Shown here piece by piece: positions 13,462-22,789 of a DNA stretch of 64,000 nt. Position numbers and translations under genes: made by a program. Every line of letters starts with the position of its first letter. The first letter of the stretch is position 1. The notes below the pieces were generated by a model that saw only the letters and a program-made list of their open reading frames with translations, searched no databases and was not told the DNA's origin. This DNA comes from an uncultured Candidatus Saccharibacteria bacterium (GTDB lineage Bacteria; Patescibacteriota; Minisyncoccia; Minisyncoccales; CAYJUL01). The stretch is from contig CAYNXX010000001.1 in assembly GCA_964401295.1 (NCBI GenBank), positions 35,671-99,670 of the forward strand. The letters run 5' to 3'.

Positions 13462-14370
13462 TTAAAAATCCATTACCACCAATTCCAATGTTAATTTTTT
13501 ATTAACGTTGGTCGTTGCCAATAGCAAGGCTGCGTTCTGGATGTTCTTTATTAGTTTAACAAATTTATGGGCAGCTTGATAATCTCCTTCGCGCGTCGCG
13601 CGCAATAAATTTTTGCGACCACATTCAAGCCATATGTCTAAAAGCTCCATTTCTTCATCGGTATTTTCGGAATGTTGCGCAGTATACTTAAAACGATTAT
13701 TCAAGTTTTCCCGGTCCAATCTTAAAAAGTCGGCAATTTTTTTTTCATAATCTTGCAGGAATTTAGGATCTTCTAAAAATTTAAACAAAAGTCCTGGCCG
13801 GCCGCCGGCAAGCTTTGTAAGTTCTGATAATTTTGCGGAGTTTTGCACTTTAATCAGCGCTTGCATTTTATCATCCGCAAGCGCAAAAAATTTTATCTCC
13901 TGAATACGCGACAATATCGTCGGCAAAAGCATTAAGGGTTTTGGGGTTATGAGAAAAATTAACGTATTACCCCGCGGTTCTTCCAATGTTTTTAAAAAAG
14001 CGTTTTGCGTAAGTTTTGCCATTAAATGGGCCTCTTCAATAATGGCTATTTTGAGGTTTCCATAAACCGGCTTGCGCGACAAAGCCTCTTGTAATTTTCT
14101 GATTTGCCCGATTTTTATTTCACCGTCAACCGGTCCGATAGCGATCAAATCCGGATGCATCGATTTTGCAAATGCCGCACAGCTTATACAATTTCCGCAG
14201 GGTATTTTCTTGTCACCACGGTTTTGACAAAGAATAATTTGTATCGCTTCCATAGCGATCTGCTTTTTCCCTAAATATTCCCTGCCGGAAAATAAAAAAG
14301 CATGCGGCAACGAATCCAACTCTATCATTTTTAAAATATATTTACGCTGCTTTTGATGGCCCACTAGCAT
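13462..14370 (-). CDS. holB: DNA polymerase III delta-prime subunit
   Basis: LPHAFLFSGREYLGKK, zinc module CGNCISCAAF, HPDL, and LKTLEEP (SRC-box region). Confidence 0.75.
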   Translation of the reverse strand: MLVGHQKQRKYILKMIELDSLPHAFLFSGREYLGKKQIAMEAIQIILCQNRGDKKIPCGNCISCAAFAKSMHPDLIAIGPVDGEIKIGQIRKLQEALSRKPVYGNLKIAIIEEAHLMAKLTQNAFLKTLEEPRGNTLIFLITPKPLMLLPTILSRIQEIKFFALADDKMQALIKVQNSAKLSELTKLAGGRPGLLFKFLEDPKFLQDYEKKIADFLRLDRENLNNRFKYTAQHSENTDEEMELLDIWLECGRKNLLRATREGDYQAAHKFVKLIKNIQNAALLLATTNVNKKLTLELVVMDF

Positions 14371-14389
14371 AAAATCTGAATTCTAGACT

Positions 14390-15397
14390 CTATCTCTTGG
14401 ACATTATGCTCTTTTTGTAGATATCCAGATTTTCAAGCATCGCCCCAGTGCCTTTGGCAACGCAAAGCAATGGCTCGTCGGCTATAAAACACGGCACGCC
14501 GGTACTTTTGGCTATTAATTCATCTATGTTGCGAAGCAACGCTCCGCCGCCAGAGATCACCATGCCCTTATCCATAATGTCGGCCGAAAGTTCTGGAGGC
14601 GCATCTTTCAGCACCAGTTTTATTGATTTTATTATTTCTTCTAGTGTTCCTGAAATGGCCTCACATACTTCATTTGAGGAAATCTTGATCGTTCTTGGCA
14701 ATCCCTGCATAAGGTCTCTACCGCGTACCTCAAGAAACTTAGGCTCTTTTTCCAAAACCGCGGTGCCTATTTTAATTTTAATTTCTTCGGAGGTTTGTTC
14801 GCCGATAGCAAGGTTGTATCTCTTTTTAATATAATCAGCAATCGCAACGTCAAGTTTATCGCCGGCCACACGTACCGATGCCGAATTAACGATGCCGCCG
14901 AGAGAAATAATCGCAACTTCCGCCGTACCTCCGCCGATATCAATTATCATGTGCCCGGAGTAAGAATTTATCGGTATACCTGCGCCAATCGCCGCTAAAA
15001 TTGGCTCTTTGGCGACATAAGCCGCTTTTGCTCCGGCGGAAGTCGCCGCTTCAACCACCGCCCTTCTTTCGGTGCTAGTTATTCCAGCGGGCACAGCAAT
15101 CATAAGTTCAGGTTTTAAAAATTTAAAAGTGCCCATTACTTTATCAATAAAGTGACTCAGCATTGCCTGGGTCACCCTGTAATCCGCAATAACCCCTTCG
15201 CGCAATGGTCTATAAACGCGAATGGTATCGGGAGTACGCCCGGTCATCGCTTTTGCTTCCGTGCCGACGGCCAGAATTTTATTTTCGTCCACCGAGACGG
15301 CGACAACCGAAGGTTCCTGTAGCACAACTCCGCGCTTGGACAAAAAAACAAGCGAATTGCAAGTGCCAAGATCTATTCCCAATTTACGCACTAACAT
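14390..15397 (-). CDS. mreB: rod-shape protein MreB, paralogue 2 (canonical length)
   Basis: DLGTCNSLVF, KEPILAAIGAG, DIGGGTAEVAIISLGG. 335 aa. Confidence 0.9.
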   Translation of the reverse strand: MLVRKLGIDLGTCNSLVFLSKRGVVLQEPSVVAVSVDENKILAVGTEAKAMTGRTPDTIRVYRPLREGVIADYRVTQAMLSHFIDKVMGTFKFLKPELMIAVPAGITSTERRAVVEAATSAGAKAAYVAKEPILAAIGAGIPINSYSGHMIIDIGGGTAEVAIISLGGIVNSASVRVAGDKLDVAIADYIKKRYNLAIGEQTSEEIKIKIGTAVLEKEPKFLEVRGRDLMQGLPRTIKISSNEVCEAISGTLEEIIKSIKLVLKDAPPELSADIMDKGMVISGGGALLRNIDELIAKSTGVPCFIADEPLLCVAKGTGAMLENLDIYKKSIMSKR

Positions 15398-15412
15398 AGC
15401 GATGAAAAATAA

Positions 15413-16700
15413 TTAAGCTTCCGTATTTATTCTTTTAATATCCGCGCCTAATTTTTGCAACCTTTCCTCTATTTTTTCATAACCCCGGTCTATCTGGTAA
15501 ACGTTTTCCACTTTGCTTTCGCCATCCGCCACTAAGCCGGCGATGACCAAAGCCGCCCCGCCCCTTAAATCCGTCGTTTTTAAAACCCTTCCGCGAAGCG
15601 GCGTAGGCCCATTGATAACGGCCCTATGCGGATCGCAAAATATGATGTTTGCTCCCATCCTGTTTAACTCTTCAAGGTATTTAAGTCGTCCCTCATAGAG
15701 CGGATCGTGAACCAATGTGACACCTTTTGCCTGCGTTGCCAAAACTCCGAAGGCAGAAAGTAAATCTGACTGAAGCCCTGGGTACGGCAAACTTTGGAGC
15801 CGATCTATATAAAGCTCGCGCCATGGCGAAACTTTGACGGTTCCGAATCCCGGCCTTTCCTCTTCTATTTTACACGGCAGACCAAAACTCGAAAGCCGTT
15901 TGAAAAAAAGATCCAAAAATCCAGTTTCTACATTTCTCACAGCCACATTACCCCGCGTCGCGGCCGCAGTCAAGATAAACGTTCCTGCCTCAATCGGATC
16001 ATACATCAAATCGTATTCCGCACCGAAAAGTTCATTATTACCCTCAATCAAAATGGTATGCTGGGGCAAAATCTCAATTTTCGCACCCATAAGTCTTAAA
16101 AATCTAGCTAGCTCCTGCACTTGATAATCCGTATCTGCACCCTTAATTATCGTCTTTCCTGGCCGATTAGCCGCGAAAAGCATCGCGTTTTCCGTGCCTG
16201 TTACGCTAAATTCATTCAGAATGACTACTGCATTTTCGGCTTTCGGCGTTAATTTCAATTCGTAAAAATCTCCGTCGAATTCGATCTCGGCACCCAGCTG
16301 GCGGAATGCATCAGTATGCGTATCTATCGGTCTTGCACCAATCAGACATCCACCAGGCCTAGCCATACGCGCGCGCCCGAATCTCGCAAGCAATGGGCCC
16401 ATAAAAAGCACTGACCCGCGCAACTGTGTTACCAGATCATCGTTTATCTTTACGGGATCAACGCTGGCAGTTTGGACTTTAATCTTCTGCTTGCCAAGCC
16501 AAGAAATTTCCGCGCCCATACTTTTTAAAAGCTCTATCATTCTAAAAACATCTTCGATTAATGGAAGATTTCCTATACTAGAAGGTTTCTTTGTGAGGAG
16601 TGTTGCCGCCAGTAGAGGAAAAACGGTATTTTTCGCACCCCTGACCTCAATCGTTCCTTCCAGCGCCTTGCCACCGCGGATAATAAAAGCTTCGCGCATA
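15413..16700 (-). CDS. murA: UDP-N-acetylglucosamine 1-carboxyvinyltransferase
   Basis: RGAKNTVFPLLAATLL and the active-site loop RPGGCLIGARPID. I place the start at MREAFIIRGG (ATG 16698-16700), which gives a normal ~429-aa MurA. The ORF track extends to 16876 through a repeat-encoded, non-MurA leader. Confidence 0.88.
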
Positions 16701-16764
16701 TCTTCTGATATATCGGGCTTATAGTCCGCTATATCTTCTGATATATCGGGCTTATAGTCCGCTA
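16699..16764. repeat. perfect 33-bp tandem duplication abutting the murA start
   Basis: ATATCTTCTGATATATCGGGCTTATAGTCCGCT occurs twice, at 16699-16731 and 16732-16764. Confidence 0.95.
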
Positions 16765-16897
16765 TAGATATTGTATTATAATTGAAAATCGCCACCCTGG
16801 CAAGAAGCGTAAACAAAAACGGTACCCATCGCAAGCACTCTAACGCATGTAGCTTGCGCAAAAAGACTAAATTCATTAGTTTTGATAATATAAATAT

Positions 16898-18244
16898 ATG
16901 ACTAGAAGGTCTAAAACATTGCTTTTCTTGGCCTTGGCTTTTGTATTTTTTTTGACCGCTCCGGCTACAATTTTTTACGGTCAGGGCTATCGTTTCGATC
17001 TTAGCGCAAAAAAAATAGTTAAAACCGGAGGATTGTTAATAGGGGTCTGGCCAAAAAGCGCCAACGTTTATATTGACGGCAAAGAGAGACAACAAACTGA
17101 TTTCTTACGCGGACAGGCATTTATAAGCAATCTACTGCCGCGTAATTACAAAGTGCTCGTTTCAAAAGACGGCTATTTTGACTGGATTAAAGAATTACCG
17201 ATCCAAGAAAAACAGCTGACTGAAGCTCCAAATATAATTCTTGTGCCGAAAGATTTTCAATGGAACATCGCCGAGGAAAATGTTACAAAAGTATGGTTTA
17301 ATCCCAATGACCAAGTGGTCGCATTAGAAAAAAAAGATCAAACGCTGGAATTTATGGATTTATCCACCAACCGAACGATTAAATCCTTAGGTCTTGGCGC
17401 TAGGACGGAAAATATCATCTGGTCAAAGGAGGAGAACATTTTAATAGCACTGAATGATGGTTCTTACCTATTGATCAATCCGTATTCTAACGAAAAACCG
17501 GCAACCGTCATTATTAAGGGCCAGCCGCGAGGGATTATTTTTGATCCTACCTCGCAGCAAAAAGTGTTTGTTTTGAAAAATTATAAAATCAGCTCGGTTG
17601 ATTTAAATTCTGGAACGGAAATAACGCTTTTGGATAAAGTGCTGACTTTTAAAATTTTACAGGATGGTCTCATTTGGCTTGACCGCGAGGGATATCTTTA
17701 TAAAAGCAATCTCTCCGCAAAAATGAAAAACAAACTTGCAGAAAAACCCATAGATACTATCAATAGATCAAGTTTTAAAATACCCTTCGCCGATAATCAA
17801 AATATATTCATAGCCGCAGATGAAGATTTATACTCTTGGAATTCAAAATCTAATGCCTTAATAAAGCTGTCCGGAGGATTCAAAGGATTAGCATTTTCCC
17901 CGGATTCAACAAAAATAGCTTATTTTGACAGCCACGAAATAAGAATAATGTATCTTGTTGAGCAAAAAACTCAACCGCCAAAAAAAGAGGGAGAAATAAT
18001 ACTCTTAACGCGTTTATCCGACTCAATAAACGATATTCAATGGTTAAATTCTAATTATTTAATGATTAAGATCGGTGGCAAAATAAAAATCGCCGAAATA
18101 GATGATAGAGACACTCTAAATATTGTAGATATCCGTACCCCATCAGCAAGCTACCGCCAAGATGTTTTTTTTGATAAATCCGGAAAGAAGATTTATATTT
18201 TAGAAGATAATAAGCTTTCCTTTTCCGGAAACAAACTATACTAA
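16898..18244 (+). CDS. membrane-anchored PEGA-domain protein with a beta-propeller-like (TolB/WD40-like) C-terminal region
   Basis: N-terminal TM helix LLFLALAFVFFLTAPATIFY. PEGA-like segment ANVYIDGKERQQTD...NYKVLVSKDGYFDW. Repeated beta-strand-rich segments follow (AFSPDSTKIAYFD). Confidence 0.55.
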   Translation: MTRRSKTLLFLALAFVFFLTAPATIFYGQGYRFDLSAKKIVKTGGLLIGVWPKSANVYIDGKERQQTDFLRGQAFISNLLPRNYKVLVSKDGYFDWIKELPIQEKQLTEAPNIILVPKDFQWNIAEENVTKVWFNPNDQVVALEKKDQTLEFMDLSTNRTIKSLGLGARTENIIWSKEENILIALNDGSYLLINPYSNEKPATVIIKGQPRGIIFDPTSQQKVFVLKNYKISSVDLNSGTEITLLDKVLTFKILQDGLIWLDREGYLYKSNLSAKMKNKLAEKPIDTINRSSFKIPFADNQNIFIAADEDLYSWNSKSNALIKLSGGFKGLAFSPDSTKIAYFDSHEIRIMYLVEQKTQPPKKEGEIILLTRLSDSINDIQWLNSNYLMIKIGGKIKIAEIDDRDTLNIVDIRTPSASYRQDVFFDKSGKKIYILEDNKLSFSGNKLY

Positions 18245-18285
18245 ACTTATTTGTAACCTGCTTTGCTAGGTAATAAATTCATCAA

Positions 18286-18993
18286 TTAGTTTAACTCCAA
18301 TTCGGTTTTATTTTTAAATTCGTTCCAGTTAACCTCGCCCGGACCCGCTAGATCGCATACTCCCCTAAATGAGCAATATTCGCATTGCCAACCCTTAGGA
18401 TATTCCGGCAAACGATCTGGAATTATATCGCCGTCAATTTGCGTTTTTAAAGTTTCGAGCGTGCCAAGTAAAGCCTTAACCCGCCTCTCATCGTAAGGCG
18501 ATATAAACTCCTTAAGATCCTGCGTATCTTTGTTTACGTAAAGCAAAATGCCTTTAGGAATTCTGAAATAATGCATATAAAGCTGGACCTGATCAACGTT
18601 TTCCTCTTTTGGCGCGGCTAAGGATTTAAAGCCGAAGCTATTGATACTTTTAATATCCAAAACGTATAAATCTTTGCCATCGCTAACTATTGCATCTGCT
18701 CTTCCGGATATTATTTCCTGCGGCGGAATATCCACCTCCGAAGCTACCACATGTATATCGCGCGTGCTGAGCAACGGTTTCATTATCAACTGATGTATAT
18801 GATCGCCATGCTCAAATAAACGCAGCATCCTTGGTTCCATTGCTTCTCGCGGAGCATTTTTAAATTTAAAAAAAATTGCGCGGCCACATTTCCCGGCGTC
18901 AGTAATGTAAAAATGGCTTTGCCCTTTGTCTTTTTGCTTATCGGTATAAAATTTGTCTATGATTTCTTTTAGCATCTTTATCGTTTTGCCCAC
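18286..18993 (-). CDS. Cas4/RecB-like PD-(D/E)XK nuclease with a 4-Cys cluster
   Basis: N-terminal DAGKCGRAIFF (Cys1), GRADAIV (motif II Asp), VLDIKS (D/E-x-K), QVQLYMHY (Q-x-x-x-Y), and C-terminal CEYCSFRGVC (Cys2-4). The start overlaps the rpsI stop. Confidence 0.75.
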   Translation of the reverse strand: MGKTIKMLKEIIDKFYTDKQKDKGQSHFYITDAGKCGRAIFFKFKNAPREAMEPRMLRLFEHGDHIHQLIMKPLLSTRDIHVVASEVDIPPQEIISGRADAIVSDGKDLYVLDIKSINSFGFKSLAAPKEENVDQVQLYMHYFRIPKGILLYVNKDTQDLKEFISPYDERRVKALLGTLETLKTQIDGDIIPDRLPEYPKGWQCEYCSFRGVCDLAGPGEVNWNEFKNKTELELN

Positions 18994-19520
18994 TGGGGGG
19001 CTCTCCGCGCGCGTTTGAGTCCAAATTTTTTACGCTCACGCATGCGAGGATCTCGCGTTAAGTAACCGGAACGCCGCAATCTCTTTTTAAAATCTGGGTT
19101 GAAAAAAACCAAAGCGCGCGAAATGCCATGTCTTATAGCTTGCGCCTGGCCGTGAAGTCCTCCGCCTCCGACTTTCACGACCACCCTGAACTTATCTTGG
19201 CACTTCATTTTTCTTAAAGCCGCGTCTGCCATCTGCTGAGTTTCAGGTGTCGGGAAATACGACGTATATGGTTTGTCGTTAACGATAAATTCTTTCTCTC
19301 CCCTGGTCCACATTCTAACGCGGGCCACTGAGGTTTTCCTTCGCCCCATTGCTTCATAATATTTCGTCTCCTCGTTCTTTGGAAATGCCAATTCTTCCGG
19401 CGTTTCCATGACTTGTGTTTTAATTTTTGCCGCCCTACGAACAACCGCCTTGGTATGGAGAGGTTTTTTGCGTCTTGCCTGTATTTTTATAGATTTCTTT
19501 TGGGGCATAAATTTTAACAA
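18978..19520 (-). CDS. rpsI: ribosomal protein S9 with a ~50-aa basic N-terminal extension
   Basis: YYEAMGRRKTSVARVRMW and C-terminal KKFGLKRARRAPQWAKR. The ORF begins 2 nt after the rplM stop. Confidence 0.9.
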   Translation of the reverse strand: MLKFMPQKKSIKIQARRKKPLHTKAVVRRAAKIKTQVMETPEELAFPKNEETKYYEAMGRRKTSVARVRMWTRGEKEFIVNDKPYTSYFPTPETQQMADAALRKMKCQDKFRVVVKVGGGGLHGQAQAIRHGISRALVFFNPDFKKRLRRSGYLTRDPRMRERKKFGLKRARRAPQWAKR

Positions 19521-19522
19521 AT

Positions 19523-19891
19523 CTAATCGCTCTTTTTAACGACTATTAATCTTTTGATCCTTTTCGCGCGCAGTTTATTCTTTGGCAACATTCCTAAAAC
19601 CGCTCTCTTTAAAACCCACGCTGGATTTCCTTCAAACGCCACTCTTTGTGCTACGGCCTTTAGCCCGCCCGGATAACCGGAATGGCGATAATAAACTTTT
19701 TTGTTCAGCTTTTCTCCTGTAAATTTTACTTTGTCTATATTTTTAACCTCCACAAAATCACCGCCATCTTTATAAGGTACGTACATCGGCTTGTGTTTGC
19801 CCTGCAGCAAACGCGCGATTTCGCTAGCCAATCTTCCAATAGACTTTCCGTCAGCATCAACTGTGTAAGTTTTTCTTTCCATGAAAATCAT
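19523..19891 (-). CDS. rplM: ribosomal protein L13
   Basis: TYTVDADGKSIGRLASEIARLLQGKHKP and YYRHSGYPGGLK. Confidence 0.9.
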   Translation of the reverse strand: MIFMERKTYTVDADGKSIGRLASEIARLLQGKHKPMYVPYKDGGDFVEVKNIDKVKFTGEKLNKKVYYRHSGYPGGLKAVAQRVAFEGNPAWVLKRAVLGMLPKNKLRAKRIKRLIVVKKSD

Positions 19892-20238
19892 TTAATTAAT
19901 TCTATTATTGCCATCTTCGCGCCTTCCGCGGATCTGGGGCCTAATTTAATAATCCTTGAATATCCGCCCGGGCGCGATTTGTATCGTGGCCCAAGCTCGT
20001 CAATTAATTTTTTTGCGACATTCGGAGCAAAATATCTAGCCAGCAATCTTCTTGAATGAAGATCGCCTTTTTTGGCCCGTGTTATGTATTTAGCCGAAAG
20101 AGATGCTGTTTCTTTTGCCCTAGCTTCCGTTGTCCTTATTTTTTCATGTAAAATAAGAGCGCTTATCAATGCCCTTAAAAATGCTTTTCTCTGACTTTTT
20201 TCTCTTGAAAATTTTCGTCCTTTTTTGCGCTTTCGCAT
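19888..20238 (-). CDS. rplQ: ribosomal protein L17
   Basis: RKFSREKSQRKAFLRALISALILHEKIRTTEARAKE and PGGYSRIIKLGPR. Confidence 0.9.
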   Translation of the reverse strand: MRKRKKGRKFSREKSQRKAFLRALISALILHEKIRTTEARAKETASLSAKYITRAKKGDLHSRRLLARYFAPNVAKKLIDELGPRYKSRPGGYSRIIKLGPRSAEGAKMAIIELIK

Positions 20239-20253
20239 GTAAAAATTAGAAAT

Positions 20254-21168
20254 TTATTTTAGCGCTAAGCCAAGTTTTTTCAATTTCCTTTTTATTTCCT
20301 GCAATCCCTTTTCACCCAAACCCTCCAGCTCTGATACGCCAGCCTCACTCCTCTTGAGTAAGCCTCCGACGGTTTTTATATTATTTGCAAGCAGGGCATT
20401 AAGCGTTCTGGTTGAAAATTTAAGCTCTTCTATGGGCATTTTCATAACATCTTCGGTCGTTTCCTTTGGCGCCGGCACCTCCTTTCTAGGAAATGCATCC
20501 CGTATCTGGATAAAATGGCTTGCGAGCACATCCGATGCCTGGAAAATCGCATCTTCGGACGCTATGGTTCCGTCCGTCTTTATTTCCAAAAATAATCTAT
20601 CGAAATCGGTTCTGTCTCCCACGCGAATGTTTTCCACACGAAAAGAGACATTTTTTATCGGCGTGAAAATCGCATCCAACAAAATCGTGCCTATTTCCAA
20701 TTTTTCTCTTTTCCTTTTGTCGGCGGATTCGTAGCCTAAACCGCGCTCCACCAAAACCTCCATTTGAAGCGATGAACTTTTACTTCCAAGTGTCGCGATG
20801 TGCGCATTTTTGTTAATAATTTCCACTTGGCTTGGGGCCTTGAAATCGCCGGCGACAACTTCTTTTTCGCCCTTGACCAAAAGCTCCATTTTTTGCGGCT
20901 CGGAACCATATAGTTTGCACCTAATTTGTTTTAAATTAAGCGTTATACGAAGCATATCTTCTAAAACTCCCTGTAGTGCGGAAAATTCATGCTGTGCGCC
21001 CTTAATTCTGACTTGCGTAATGGCAGCGCCATCGAGCGAAGACAACAATGCCCTTCTCAAACTGTTACCAATGGTAACACCATAGCCGGGGTAAAGACCC
21101 TCTATTTCAAAAACGGCTTTATTATCTTTTTTCTCAAGTAATTTTATAGAAAATGGCAACGGAATCAT
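20254..21168 (-). CDS. rpoA: DNA-directed RNA polymerase alpha subunit
   Basis: 304 aa. N-terminal domain GYGVTIGNSLRRALLSS. C-terminal HhH domain IEELKFSTRTLNALLANNIKTVGGLL. Confidence 0.92.
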   Translation of the reverse strand: MIPLPFSIKLLEKKDNKAVFEIEGLYPGYGVTIGNSLRRALLSSLDGAAITQVRIKGAQHEFSALQGVLEDMLRITLNLKQIRCKLYGSEPQKMELLVKGEKEVVAGDFKAPSQVEIINKNAHIATLGSKSSSLQMEVLVERGLGYESADKRKREKLEIGTILLDAIFTPIKNVSFRVENIRVGDRTDFDRLFLEIKTDGTIASEDAIFQASDVLASHFIQIRDAFPRKEVPAPKETTEDVMKMPIEELKFSTRTLNALLANNIKTVGGLLKRSEAGVSELEGLGEKGLQEIKRKLKKLGLALK

Positions 21169-21248
21169 ATTTAAAAATTATTCTCGATCGCGGCGTTGCG
21201 GCAAAAGCCAACGGTCGGCAGCCGCAAAGCTGCAATCTTATAAATTAA

Positions 21249-21860
21249 TTAACGCGAATAAAACTCGAAAATAGCCGACATTTCAACCGGCGGTATCGCT
21301 TCTTCCAGGGAGGGCGCGCCGGTAACTTTTACCGTAGAATTAGTTTTATCCAATTCTAACCAAGTGGGTGGTTGAAAACCTTTGATTTTTTGGCCTAAAT
21401 CTTTGAAAAGCGTTTTTGTTTTTGACTGAGGCCTTAAAGTAATAACATCTCCTCTGCGCAAACGATAGCTTGGAACCGTAGTCCTGGTGCCGTTGACCAA
21501 AAAGTGACCGTGCGAAATCATTTGCCTTGCCTGCTGACGAGTTGAAGCGAATCCAGATCTGAATACGGAATTGTCTAATCTTAATTCCAAAAGTTGGATA
21601 AGTGACTGCGCCGCGTCTGACGCGCCCGCACGCATGGCTAACGTCTCCCTTACATAATTTCTGAATTGCCTTTCTTTAAGATTATATAAATATCTCAGTT
21701 TCTGTTTTTCGCGCACTTCCTTTCCGTATTCAGAAAGCTGACCGAAGGTTTTTTTCTTTTTTTGTCCCGGTGGATATGGCCTTCGTGCAAAAACTTTTTC
21801 GCATTTCGGGAAAAGGCTAGTTCCCAGTCTTCTTGTAATTTTACATTTTGCTTGCTGCAT
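21249..21860 (-). CDS. rpsD: ribosomal protein S4
   Basis: YGKEVREKQKLRYLYNLKERQFRNY and S4 RNA-binding domain RLDNSVFRSGFASTRQQARQMISHGHFLVNG. Confidence 0.92.
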   Translation of the reverse strand: MQQAKCKITRRLGTSLFPKCEKVFARRPYPPGQKKKKTFGQLSEYGKEVREKQKLRYLYNLKERQFRNYVRETLAMRAGASDAAQSLIQLLELRLDNSVFRSGFASTRQQARQMISHGHFLVNGTRTTVPSYRLRRGDVITLRPQSKTKTLFKDLGQKIKGFQPPTWLELDKTNSTVKVTGAPSLEEAIPPVEMSAIFEFYSR

Positions 21861-21865
21861 AATTT

Positions 21866-22318
21866 TTAGACTCTTCTTACTTTAGGCGCCCTGCAGCCGT
21901 TGTGGGGAATCGGCGTGACGTCTTTTAACAAATCTATTTCAAGACCACGAGCTGCCAGCGATCTGATGGCCGAATCCCTGCCGCTGCCAACTCCTTTTAC
22001 GAAAACTTCCACATGGGTTATGCCAAGTTTTTTAGCCGTCTGGCTGAGAGCTTCGGCTACGCGAGATGCTGCGAACGGCGTTGCCTTCCTGGTTCCTTTG
22101 AATCCCACGTTTCCCGCGGAAAACCAAGCCAGGGTATTGCCGCGCATGTCAGTCATAGTCATAATCGTATTATTATAGGAAGACGAAATGTAAATACGCG
22201 CCGTCTGGGTTTTTGTGCGTGATTGAGGTTTAATATCTTTATCCACGGCCGATTCAATGCGCTTGCGTTCGGCCATCAACTCCTGTTCAGTTTTTTGCAC
22301 TATACGTTTTTTTCCCAT
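21866..22318 (-). CDS. rpsK: ribosomal protein S11
   Basis: [47 protein letters not shown]. Confidence 0.92.
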   Translation of the reverse strand: MGKKRIVQKTEQELMAERKRIESAVDKDIKPQSRTKTQTARIYISSSYNNTIMTMTDMRGNTLAWFSAGNVGFKGTRKATPFAASRVAEALSQTAKKLGITHVEVFVKGVGSGRDSAIRSLAARGLEIDLLKDVTPIPHNGCRAPKVRRV

Positions 22319-22322
22319 ATTT

Positions 22323-22712
22323 TTATGTCGGCGTTGGCGGCGGTTTGCGGCCGGATCCGACCGTTTTTCTTATATTACCTCTTATTGTTCTGGTATTAGT
22401 TCTGGTCCTTTGTCCTCGCGCCGGAAGGCCTTTTAGATGGCGCAAACCTCGCCACGCCCCTATATCTTTTAATTGCTTTATGTTCATCATTATTTCGCGC
22501 CTGAGGTTACCCTCAACTTTATGATGACCATCTATGATTTCCTGCAATTTTTTTACCTGATCGGGTGTCAATTTGGAAGCGCGAATTGTCGGCTCGATTC
22601 GCGCAGCGATTAAAATGCGCCTAGCCGAAGGACGCCCTACTCCATAAATATAGGTCAGTGCGGTTTCTATTTGTTTATTTTCCGGAATATTTACACCCGC
22701 TATACGCGGCAT
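22323..22712 (-). CDS. rpsM: ribosomal protein S13
   Basis: [26 protein letters not shown] and [19 protein letters not shown]. Confidence 0.92.
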   Translation of the reverse strand: MPRIAGVNIPENKQIETALTYIYGVGRPSARRILIAARIEPTIRASKLTPDQVKKLQEIIDGHHKVEGNLRREIMMNIKQLKDIGAWRGLRHLKGLPARGQRTRTNTRTIRGNIRKTVGSGRKPPPTPT

Positions 22713-22716
22713 TTTC

Positions 22717-22773
22717 AGAAAATAGAAAATAGAAAATAGAAAATAGAATATGTTTTTCCGGATTCTATTTTCT
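22717..22773. repeat. AGAAAAT heptamer run (4.7 copies) forming a 12-bp perfect inverted repeat
   Basis: AGAAAAT x4 plus AGAAT at 22717-22749. AGAAAATAGAAT (22738-22749) pairs with ATTCTATTTTCT (22762-22773) across a 12-nt loop. Confidence 0.9.
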
Positions 22774-22789
22774 AAATTCTATCTTCCTG

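Noticed and set aside
16701-16876. N-terminal 59-aa extension of the murA ORF, including the duplicated peptide IADYKPDISED.
   Set aside because: An internal ATG at 16698-16700 gives a canonical-length MurA starting MREAFIIRGG. The extension is encoded by a tandem DNA repeat and a promoter-like AT-rich stretch. It is kept as an open alternative in the findings.
18286-18993. Taking the Cas4-like nuclease as evidence for a CRISPR-Cas system in the window.
   Set aside because: No repeats with regular spacers and no cas1, cas2 or effector genes occur anywhere in the 64 kb. PD-(D/E)XK Fe-S nucleases of this type also occur outside CRISPR contexts.
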